Part shown: piece after piece, positions 21,561-32,000 of the stretch
How positions within the stretch are numbered: the first letter of the stretch is position 1
Layout: each line of letters opens with the position of its first letter
Source: Cyanophora paradoxa CCMP329
Taxonomy: Eukaryota > Plantae > Glaucophyta
Assembly: GCA_004431415.1 (NCBI GenBank)
Contig: QPMI01000064.1
Coordinates: forward strand, 310,001 to 374,000
Length of the DNA stretch: 64,000 bases
Direction of reading: 5' to 3'
Translations under genes and position numbers: made by a program
The notes under the pieces: model-generated
Seen by the model: only the letters and a program-made list of their open reading frames with translations
Database searches by the model: none
What the model was told of the DNA's origin: nothing

Positions 21561-23164
21561 TCTCTCAAAAAAAAAAATTTTGCAAAAAATTTTACAAAAA
21601 ATTTTGTTTTATTTTTCGAAAAATTTTTCGGCCGGAACCCTGACCCGGTCCCGCCCGGTCCCGCGACGAAATCGCGCCAGGGACGCCCCAGAACGATACA
21701 GAATGATGCGCGAGGGCGAGCGCATCGCTGCAAGCTCGATTTCGGGCGCCCTCGACGCTCCAGTGGGAAGCGTCGGCCGAACATTTGATCCGGCCGGTCC
21801 CGTCCGGTCCCGCGACGCGCGCAATCGATGCGTACTGGCGCGCATAGACATAGCAGGGCCTGCGCACGCCCGAAATCCGCTTTTCGGAGCCGGAACAGCG
21901 CAGGAAGGTACCCGACGGCAAAAATTCGATCCTGCACAGACCCGGGCAACTTTCCGCGCGCCCGCTCCGCGGCGCATGCGCGAAACAATAGCATAAGCAT
22001 CTGAGATGTAGACAAAGCGTTCCCCACGCTTTGCAGATGCGCCGGGCCGCGAGGACCCAGCCGACCCCGAAAATTCGATCCTTCACGGACCTGCACGTCT
22101 TTCCGCGCGCCCTCGCATCCTCACGCGAGCCCATCGCTACTATATTCATTTGGGATTTTATCTAAGCCTTCCACAAGCTTCGAAGACGCGAAAGAGCACG
22201 AGAACCCAGCCGGCGGCAAAAATTCGATCCTGCACGGGCCCGGACATCTTTCCGCGCGCCCACGCCGCGGTGCATGCGCGGAACAATAGCATAAGCATTT
22301 GAGATGTAGAAGAAGCTTTCCGCACGCTTTACAGATGCGCCGGGCCGCGGGGACCCACCCGACCCCGAAAATTCGATCCTTCACGGACCTGCACATCTTT
22401 CCGCGCGCCCTCGCATCCTCACGCGAGCGCATCGCTACTATATTCATTTGACATCTTTTAAATGCTTTCCGCAACCTCTGTGGGCGCGACAGGGCACAAC
22501 AACGCAGCCGACGCAAAAATTCGATCCTGAACGGGCCTGCACAGCTTTCCGAAGTTCCGCGCGCCCTCGCCTCCGCAGCCCTCCACATTGATGCTATATG
22601 CATTCGAGGTTCTGTTTAAGCGATTCGCAAGCTCTGCGCATGCGCCTGGCTGCGAGAACCTCGCCCCTCCCGGGCCTCCCCCCCAACAATATATTAATAT
22701 TAAATTAATCTCCTCTCAATCTGCTCCACCAGATAAAAGCAAGCGTTACCGGTCCAACTCCTCCCCTAATTAATTATATATTCTGTCTCCTCATTACATT
22801 GCTCTCTGGCCAGCCAGCTCTGCCTCGAGCTAGGTATAGCCTATTATAGCGGGCCAGCAATATTATATAATTAATCTCCTCTCAATCTGCCCCACCAGTT
22901 AAAAGCCAGTCCAACCCCTCCCCTAATCATATATTCCCTTTATTTCATCAGTACATTAATATTCCTCCATGGGCCACTGGGCCGGGCCAGTACTAGCGGG
23001 GCTGCCGCAGTGCAGCTGGCCGCCAGCTTCCGGGGCCAGTGCTGTTCACTGAGTCACGATCGGCTCGGCCGCTGGCCCGTGCGCTAGGCCTACTGTGACA
23101 GCCGCGAGGGCGTCCGCGAGGCTTCGCCGTACTTAGTGCTCCGCAGGAGCACGGATCTTGTCAG

Positions 23165-23404
23165 CCAAAATTTTTCTATGAGGCCGTTTTCGAGGTCCAG
23201 TTTGCAACGCGGGAAAAAAAGGGGCTTATTCGCGTTCCGATTGGCTCGGTGGACCGGTCAGCGTTCTCGCGAAAACTGGTTTTCGAGGGGAAAACCAACT
23301 TCGCGCTCATGATCACTCCTCTAGATGTGGGCTCTCGTTCACGCGGCGGTGCGCTGCCGCAGTGCGTCACGCGGCGGTTTTGCATGGCATGCACTTCTCC
23401 CTAG
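23165..23404 (+). CDS. Downstream exon of the interrupted host gene
   Basis: After acceptor TCAG (23161-23164) the frame reads PKFFYEAVFEVQFATREKKGLIRVPIGSVDRSAFSRKLVFEGKTNFAL..., in phase with the exon ending at 8092. Confidence 0.55.
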   Translation, partial: PKFFYEAVFEVQFATREKKGLIRVPIGSVDRSAFSRKLVFEGKTNFALMITPLDVGSRSRGGALPQCVTRRFCMACTSP

Positions 23405-24036
23405 CTGTCTCCTCTAGATTTCGGCTTCCTCGCACTGCGCCGCGTACGCCGCACGGTACGCGTACTGGTTTTCGAGGGGGAAACCGCAAAAACCGCTTGC
23501 GCCGCCCGCTGCCTGCATCTGCGCCTCTGATCGCAGCCGGGCACGTCAGGCCGTCCAGACCGTATACGTAGTCTGTTGCTGCGGTCAGCAAGCCGCCGAC
23601 ATCGAGCTTATACCGCAGAATCGCGCGCGCCACTGCCCGCAGGCGAGCACGCCGGCCGGGCCGGGCGGTCTTGTTGCGCTCGGCACCCGGTCAGCAGACT
23701 AGTTCGCGTGCTGCGCTCTTTTTTTTGCAAAAGTGGACGTCGCATTGATACACCACGGCACATTAGTTCGCGTGCTGCGCTCGACGTGCGGCTTGTGCGC
23801 TCAGTCGGCGGCTCGCGTGCGCCCCGCGCTGCGCCTCGAGCTCGTGCCTGCACCCCCCGCCCGCCGCCTGCCACGTGCACTGGGCCAGCACGCTTGCTGG
23901 ACACGGGCTTCTGTTAGCGTCGTCGCTTCGAGCCTTGCCGGGCCGGCGGCCGCTACGGCCGCTGGCTGCACTGCAGCTTATAAATTAAGCGCTAGCTTTA
24001 ATTTCTTATAAATTAAGCGCTAGCTTTAATTTAGCA

Positions 24037-24800
24037 GTGTCATCGTTTGCAACAGCCGCCCGCCCAGTCACCTTATTCAGCAGCAGCTCATTGGAAGCGC
24101 TTCGAATTCCCTTGGCGGGTTCGGATGAGATGGGACGGACAGCTGCATTGGACCTTGTCGCCGGGCGAGATTTCCTGCCGTCGGACGCCCGATGCATGCT
24201 CTCATCGTCGTGCACGGGCGGCATTTGCTTACATTGTCCGGACGGAGCCCGCCAACACTTCTGCGGGCGCAAACACTTGTTTCGTCATGTCCGGCAGCAC
24301 TTGCACGGTCGCAGCGCTAGAGTTCGTGCAGTTTCGATCGAGCCGCGCGCGCGCTCGCAAAAACGCAGCGGCTAACACACGTATTCAACGCCACGCAGCA
24401 GGGCATTTCCAACCCGGCAATGCGTGCACGTGCCCAGCCTTCAGTTCGCGATCCGCGAAGCGCGCGCTTAAGCTTGTGTGTCCAAGTGAGCTGGTTTTGG
24501 GGCTTCTGCACGCAGCGGCTAACGCACGTATTCACCGCCACGCAGGGCACTCCCAATTCAGCAGTGCGTGCACAGTCTTCAGTTGGCGTTCAGCTTTCTG
24601 AGGTGAGGGAAGCTGCTGAGGCGTATCTCGTCGGGATGTTTGAGGACGCCAACCTCTGCGCCATCCACGCCAAGCGGTGGATTTTGTTTGTGTTGCGTCT
24701 CGTCGCCCGCCGTCTGATCTGAACTGCGCATTCTCGCAGCGTCACGCTGCAAGCAAAGGACATTCAGCTCGCCCGCCGGATCCGCGGCGAGCGAGACTGA
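24037..24800 (+). CDS. Divergent histone H3-like C-terminal fold preceded by a C2H2-like exon; 5' end unresolved
   Basis: [27 protein letters not shown] intron 24677-24739, [22 protein letters not shown] 24798-24800; upstream [10 protein letters not shown] and CLHC...[11 protein letters not shown]. Confidence 0.8.
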
Positions 24801-25289
24801 ACCCTTCCTCTTCAATACGCTCACGTGCACGCACGTGTTCCGATGTAAATAATTCGCGCATGTGCTGTCTGTGTGCACGAAATCGCAGCTGCAGAACCTA
24901 TCTTCGAGCTGCTGCAATTATCGCAAGCACGGGTCATTCAGGGCTGGGCTCGGGAAAACGAGGAATGGGCCTCTATTTTAAGTTCCAGGGATCTCGGCTT
25001 TTAGTCGTGCACTTCAGGCATGCTTGCGGGCTTCCTGTCTTTTCTGTCTATCTTCTTTCTTCCACTCTAGATCTCTGTCTTCAGCGGCCTTTCTTGTAAC
25101 TGTCGTCAGCGCTTTGTCCCCATTCGTGTCCTCTTCTGATATATTCTACGTCACTTAATTCGGATCATGCGAAGGTTGCTGCCGAAAGCTCTCTGCCCTA
25201 AATATACCATGCATTTCAATTTCTTGTTTCAATCAGGAAACAAATGGCCAGCCCCGGCCGCCCCCGCCGCAAAGGCGCCGCAAATTAAA

Positions 25290-26475
25290 TCAGGCTCCCT
25301 CCGCCCGCGGCGCCGAAATGCGGGGAGGCCCGCACCAAGCGAGAGAAGGGCGGCAGCAGCCGGGGCCGCCCCCGCCTCGAGGGCCCCGCGAGTCGGGCTC
25401 CGTGCGCCCGGCCCGTCGCGCGAGGCGCGGAGCCGAAAGGCGGGGAGGCGCGCACCAAGCGAGAGAAGGGCGGCAGCGGCCGGGGCCGCCCCCCCCTCGA
25501 GGGCCCCGCGAGTCGGGCTCCCTGCGCCCGCCCCGTCGCGCGAGGCGCGGCGCCGAAAGGCGGGGAGGCCCGCACCAAGCGGGAGAAGGACGGCAGCGGC
25601 CGGGGCCGCCCTCGCCTCCGAGGCTCGAGGGCACGAAGACTCGGGCACCCTGCGCCCGCCCCGTCGCGCGAGGCGCGGCGCCGAAGGGCGGGGAGGCCCG
25701 TACCAAGCGAGAGAAGGGCGGCAGCGGCCGGGGCCGCCCCGCCTCGAGGGCCCCGCGAGTCGGGCTCCGTGCGCCCGGCCCGTCGCGCGAGGCGCGGAGC
25801 CGAAAGGCGGGAGGCGCGCACCAAGCGAGAGAAGGGCGGCAGCGGCCGGGGCCGCCCCCCCTCGAGGCCCCGCGAGTCGGGCTCCCTGCGCCCGCCCCGT
25901 CGCGCGAGGCGCGGCGCCGAAAGGCGGGGAGGCCCGCACCAAGCGGGAGAAGGACGGCAGCGGCCGGGGCCGCCCTCGCCTCCGAGGCTCGAGGGCACGA
26001 AGACTCGGGCACCCTGCGCCCGCCCCGTCGCGCGAGGCGCGGCGCCGAAGGGCGGGAGGCCCGTACCAAGCGAGAGAAGGGTGGCACCGGCCGGGGCCGC
26101 CCCCGCCTCGAGGGCCCCGCGAGCCGGGCTCCCTGCGTTTCGGCGCCGCGCCTCGGGCGGCAGCGGCCGGGGCCGCCCCCGCCTCGAGGGCCCCCGAGTC
26201 GGGCTCCCCGCGTTTCGGCGCCGCGCCTCGGGCGGCAGCGGCCGGGGCCGCCCCCGCCTCGAGGACGCGAAGAGTCGGGCTCCCTGCGCCCGCCCCGTCG
26301 CGCCAGGCGCGGCGCGGAAAGGCGGGAAGGCCCACACCAAGCGAGAGAAGGGCGGCAGCGGCCAGGGCCGCCCCCGCCTCGAGGGCGCCGCGAGTCCGGC
26401 TCCCTGCGCCCGCCCCGTCGCGCGAGGCGCGTCGCGGAAAGGCGGGGAGGCCCGCACCAAGCGAGAGAAGGGCCT
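25290..26475. repeat. GC-rich ~120-bp tandem repeat, about 10 units, with a ~365-bp higher-order period
   Basis: Recurring CACCAAGCGAGAGAAGGGCGGCAGCGGCCGGGGCCGCCCC; variant GAGGGCACGAAGAC at ~25628 and ~25991. Confidence 0.9.
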
Positions 26476-27452
26476 CACCATGCTCTCGCAGGACGGCTCT
26501 CTTCAGGACCGGCGCCGCTGGCTGCCGCTCACCCCCATGTTCGACTTACGCCCCGACCCCCTCCAGAAGGCCTGGATCGCCTATGTTTACGGCGAGCCCT
26601 CTGCAGACAGCACCATCATCTTTTAGCCAGCTGTTCAGGGTTATAATTAGCAGTAGGCCGTGCGAACACAGTTGATGCGCAGCGTTTTTTCACTCCAGAA
26701 CAATCTTTCATATACAGTGCGCTGAATCTGGCCTTTCATTCAGGCTTTTCTTTATTCGGTTTGATCGCAGCATCTGCTTAATGGGCCTTTTCTATTTTTT
26801 TCAATCACATATACTCTGTGTGTACCTTTACACTTCAACCTGCCGCGCGCGCTGGGCCGGGGTCGATCTAGATCTGCCCCGTGCATGTCCGTGCCACTAC
26901 GACTCTTTCATTAGATCCCGGTTCCCCCCTTGCACCCCCGGCGCGCCAAACGCGGCCGGGCCCCTAGTACGTACCGCAGATCCGAAGCTGGACTGCCGCA
27001 GGCATTCTGATGGGTTGGACTGCTCCAATCGACCCCCCCGGGGGCATTGTCAAGTACACTCTCTCGCTGGTGCGAGCGGTCTTTAATTTGCGGCCCCGCG
27101 GAAAAGATCTAGAGTGGCTTTAAACTGAAGCTCGTCGTGCGTCAGGCGACGTTTGCGAATGGGAACTTCCCTGTCCCGGCAGGAGCGACCAATATTACGG
27201 TAAGGTCCCTCCCGGTCGATAAGTCCTTCTAGATCCGATTTGTGATATCGATGATGAACTCGCCATGCGCATGCGCATGCACATGTACAGGTCGAGTCCA
27301 CGTCTGAGAACAAGCCGGACTCGAACGTCAACTGACCATGATCGATTCCATTTGCAGCTGATCTGGAACGCAGAGGCCTCGCAAGCGCCTGGCCTCAAAC
27401 GAAAGCTGCAGCTTCGAATCCGACGAATTCCTCCAACTCGGCTCTCAAGTCT

Positions 27453-28580
27453 TTAATCCTCAACGCGCTCAAGAGCGTGTCTAACCGTGCGTTCGAAAAT
27501 CTCCGGATGTTCGCGGACCGAAATGGGTTCCCTTAAGCTTGACCTCGGACGCTCGCAGAGCCCTCGATTGCGAAGATCGCTCAGAAGGCGATCGACGTCG
27601 AGGAGGCGGCCGCCCTCGAGGAGGCCCCGGCAAGCCTCACGGCGCGTGTGAACGCAGACGCCACGTCCACCCCGCTTGGAATCATTTCCAAGAACAACTC
27701 GATTGTCTACCAGTGAGCATGTGTCGTAATCGGGTCTACCTGTTCGAAGACCCATGATCGGCGGCAGGGCGACAAGCGAAGGCGAGGTGGACTGCGCCAT
27801 CGCGGAGGACGAGCAAAACCTGCGCGACATTCGAGCCGGCCCGCCCCTGCGCGCGCCATGCGCAAGAAGATTTTTTTATTGGCTGGAAGAATTCCTGGTG
27901 CCTTTCCGGGGAAGCCGGGGCGTCAACGTGTTCTGTGTTCTGCGTCGAGGCGGAGCGTGGTGTGGGGCCGGACTTAAGCGGGTACAAGTCAAGCTTTGAA
28001 GGTAAATCTGCCGGGGTCGCTGAGTGTCGGAGTCGCGTTGTCGACCATGACCATCTTTTGGAGCTCTCGACTTCGATGCTCCGCGAAGAGCGGGCAAGAT
28101 TCTTTATGAATTTTGACCCACTGTCCCCGGATGCGTTTAAACGTTTCAGCCGGATTTGGATGCAAATGGTCCTCGTCGGCGGCCTCAAAAGCATCGTCGG
28201 CGGTCCCAGCATGCGCAGGCCTAGGTTTCGAATTCGATCGCGCAGATGGAAGAGAGCTCGCCGAGTGGGATGCCAAAGGAGGCCATTAATATTCCTCAGA
28301 CATGGTATCGAGAGCTTGATCGTTTCCCCATAGCCCGAATTCGAAGGAGACCTTTGATCTGAAAGCTTTGAATTCGGAGGCCGGCGTCCACTGGGCCACC
28401 GTTGACCGATCGCGAGTTGGCATGTACACAATATATAACTGTATTAATATTGAGTTGGAAGTTTCCGGAGCCCGGAGGTTTGGCATGGACGCCCATTTTC
28501 GGGCTGGACTCGCTAGCGCTGCAGCTGCAGTCCTGGCAGTGTTCCAGAAACGTCCAGCTGCAGAGACTATATATTTCATT
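27453..28580 (-). pseudogene. Possible degraded protein-coding gene of unknown family
   Basis: Protein-like fragments (MKYIVSAAGRFWNTA, FRSKVSFEFGLWGNDQAL, FKRIRGQWVKIHKESC, VAQVLLVLRDGAVHLAF) separated by stops and frame changes. Confidence 0.3.
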
Positions 28581-29019
28581 ACTGGCTCAGATACGATATT
28601 AACTAATTCATGATCATACTGATATCGATAGTGTGGCACGTCTTATTGAAGGAGAGACTACAAATGCCTGTGCCACGCCTCTGTGTATGTGGCAAATCAC
28701 AAGCATAGAACGCGGAAAGCCAAGACAAGGGTTGTGGGCAAATTAATTGCAAGCATACGAATTCAAGCCCTTGCAATTGCGCATGCGATTGATCAAGGTG
28801 GCGCGATGTGGAAAGAAAAATCACACATATAGAAGTATCTACATCTACATTAATTGCTAAACAGCCGAAGCGATCGCGGGAAGCACTTACGATGCAGACT
28901 AATGCAGCGCGCGGTAACGATAGGAGAATTGGAAGAGGCAGTAGATCTAGACTGGCTCGGTCATACAATATCAGCTGAACTAATTACGTGAAATTCGACC
29001 TCTTTGAGGCATCGGCCTT

Positions 29020-32000
29020 TCACGCCTCTTCTAGGTCAAGCGTGGGAATGGACCCGTGGCGACGGTGAATCTCGGCGCCCGACTGGGCCGCCGCCGCCCG
29101 GGACGACGCCACGGCAGCAACCTGGAGGACGTGCACCGGCGTGTGCTCGGGGGCGGGGCTCCGGCCGGCCTCCCGCTCGATCTGCTCGTCCGGGTCGACG
29201 TCCGATAGCGTATACGTACGCGTCTCGCCGACGCCAGAGGCTTCACGCGGGCCCGCGCTTGTCGGGCGAGATCGCGAGCCGGCCGAGCACGATCCGCCCG
29301 TGTCCTTCGGATTCGAAGCGGGGGATACCGTCGCCTCTATGGGCACCACCAGCGGAGCACCCGCGTTGCGCGGCTTCGGCATCGCCAGCTGCAGCTGCAG
29401 AGCTGCCTTCTTCTCCTCCCGCGACGCGGGGCGAGGGCCCGTCCCCATGGCCACCACGGCCGGACGCTCGTCCGCTGGAGAAAGTGGGGCTGAGCGGAGG
29501 GCCTCTGAGGTACGCGTCAAGCACGCGGAAACGTCGCCAGGGACTCGAACACGCGGACCGAGCGAGGCTGCAGCGGATCCGGATCCGTCCGGGCCGCTGA
29601 TCCTGATGCTGCTGTAGCGGAGGAAGCGGTAGATGCGGGGCTTGGAGAGGTGCCGCTCGAGAACCGGGAAGCGCTTCAAGGCCGAGATGAGCGCCGCCCT
29701 GAAGATCACGGCGGCCGCCCCCGCGAAGAAGCAAAAGTTCGCGACTGGGCGTAGGCATGCGCCCCCCGCTCAGACTCGAATTTGCGCAAATAAGAAAGTA
29801 CAGTAGTACACGCACAGGCGACGAATACTGTGACGGATGCTATGGAGATGGAAGACAGCTGCAGCTCAAAGACGAGCCTGCGCGCGGGGCGATCCAGTGA
29901 GCGGCTCAAGGGAGGGGTGGGCTGGGAAGTCGAGCGCGAGAAATGCTAGGAACATTCCGTTTAGATGGAATTGCTCCAGCACCTAGAGCTAGGGGTTCCA
30001 CAAATTTAATTAACTGTTGATGCTAATGCTATTTGTAATGGTGTTTTATGACGTCGAGCGAGGAGAGAGCTCAAGGACCCGCAGAAGACGGTGAAGAGGT
30101 TGATGGCGACGGAGGCGACGTTGAGTCCGTTCACGAGGCGGTCCTCGAAGGGCAGCAGGTACAAATCCATCGCCAGCATCACGCTGCATTAATTAATTAG
30201 GTACAGGCACTAATATAAATATAATCAGGTACAGGTATACAGGTACAGGCATTGATATTAATATCAGAGAGCAGAAGCGGGAGATTTAGATCTAGATCTA
30301 GATCGGGAGGCGATGGATCCGGTCCGGACTCACATGAAGAACGCGAGGACGACAAGGGCGAGGCCGGACGGCTGGTCCGCCATGAACACCGACACGAGGC
30401 TGCGCATGCGGGCCGGGGCGCGCATCGGCCACGCGTAAGCCGCGCGCGATGGCCATGGGAGATCTGGCTCTAGAGGGCGTCTCTGCTTACACGAGAAAGA
30501 GCTTTCGGTAGATCTGCACGATTTCAAAGTAATGCAGTTTTGCACGATAGCCTTCGAAGAGGAAGCTGCGCGCCAGCGCGCAAAATTAATCTATTTATAT
30601 ATGTGCCTGCACACCAAGCAATGACCGCGCGAAAGCGGTTCGGCACCTGTAGCGGAAGCAGTTTCGCGGCTCCGTCAGGCGCTCCCCACGGCAGTGCCAC
30701 AGAATAAGACTCCCCGCCAGGGGGATCCCTGTGTTTGCGTCAGATTATTATAAATTAAGTGCTCACGGTCGCGAGCTTGAATCTTAGTCATGGCGGCAGA
30801 GGATGAACCAATGACTACGAGCGGGATTCCCGGCGCTGCGATTGCGAGGAGCCAAAAACTATGTTCCCTGCTCAGACACTCCGTATCCCTGCCTCCAGAG
30901 TCCGGGAGTGAGGGGTGCGGGCTCGGCGCGGGCGGGCTCGGGTTCGCGGACATGGAGCCGCGGACGAAGGAGCGGGAGACGGCGGTGCGAGCGCCGGAGA
31001 GCGTCTTGCAACGGAAGAGGTCGAGCACCATGGAGGAGACCGACGGCTGAATCAGAAACATGCTCGTCAGGGCGCACACCTGAAGGGAGGCGTTAGATTT
31101 CGGTGATTACACAGAATCGTGACGAAAGAAGGCGGGGCGCGCAATGTAGTAATCGCTCCAAGTGGCGACGTAAGCCATTGCGTCGGCGGTCTTCGGGCGC
31201 AGCCCGGGCCGGTCCCTGCGCATGCGGATGGCTGGTTTAGCTATAATAGGGGATGCGGCGCCGCGGCACGAGTGCGCAGCCCAGTAAAAGGCTTGCGCAC
31301 AGCACTGGCCACAAGGCTCGTGCCACTTTGCGGGCGGTGAGGGCGCCGAACTCTCTGAACGATCTCGACCGCAGCATTTCTTCGGCACGCGCCGTCGCGC
31401 TGCCGCTTCTTGGCCCACGCGCCGTCGCGCTGCCGCTTGGCGGCGCCGGCGCCTGTGCATGTGCCGGCTCCTGCGCAGCGCTCGCCTCCTCCGCTGACGC
31501 ATCGTACACCCGAGAGCTGGAAGGAACGGAATCATGAGGGATCCGCGAGGGGCAGAGGACATTGAGACGGATTCGTGAATTTGAACATTAACTCACCGCT
31601 CGTGCTTTGCGAGGTGTCGCCGGCGGAAATACGTGACCCATGCAATCACCTGGGGTGTCCATATATAAGAGGCGCAAGCAACGTTCGCTATGATAGCTAT
31701 AGTATATCTCCTGCCATATATATAAAATAAACGTACAGACACAACAAAGACCGGAAGAATGATGGAGAGCGCGGGGAGCAGCATGTAACCCGCCGCCTTG
31801 AAGAAGTACACGCGGTGGCGGGGGTACTGCGGAGGAAACGAGGGGCAGTGTGGTGTTAGAAGCTCAAGCTGGAAAGTTCTTGAGGAGCGTGACGGACATT
31901 CGGCGACGAGAGCACGCAGTCGACGTTGAGAATCGCTTGCACCGGGTCCGAAAGCGCCGACGAGAACGACAGGATGGTGATGAGAAGGTTCGGCCACTTC

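Larger units (their letters stand above)
13772..21577 (+). mobile_element. Full-length non-LTR retrotransposon, L1/Tx1 clade, ~7.8 kb
   Basis: ORF1 plus APE-RT-Zn ORF2; A11 run 21567-21577; probable TSD AAAAAATTT (13763-13771 / 21572-21580); intronless and less GC-rich than host genes. Confidence 0.93.
8183..23160 (+). mobile_element. Nest of four non-autonomous Helitron2/Helentron-like rolling-circle elements
   Basis: 5' TC start; asymmetric subterminal IR GGCGAAGCCTC/GAGGCTTCGCC; 3' hairpin GTGCTCC-GCA-GGAGCAC then GGATCTTG; insertion between T and T with no TSD; internal tandem repeats; no transposase ORF. Confidence 0.75.
13335..23160 (+). mobile_element. Element body 4 (outermost copy), interrupted at 13584-21642
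   Basis: Body sequence stops after ATCGAAT (13583) and resumes at GACCCGGTCCCG (21642); ends GGATCTTG at 23160. Confidence 0.85.

Noticed and set aside
26480-26626. THAP-like peptide (PDPLQKAWIAYV) after the satellite
   Set aside because: The Cys/His ligands of a THAP domain are missing.
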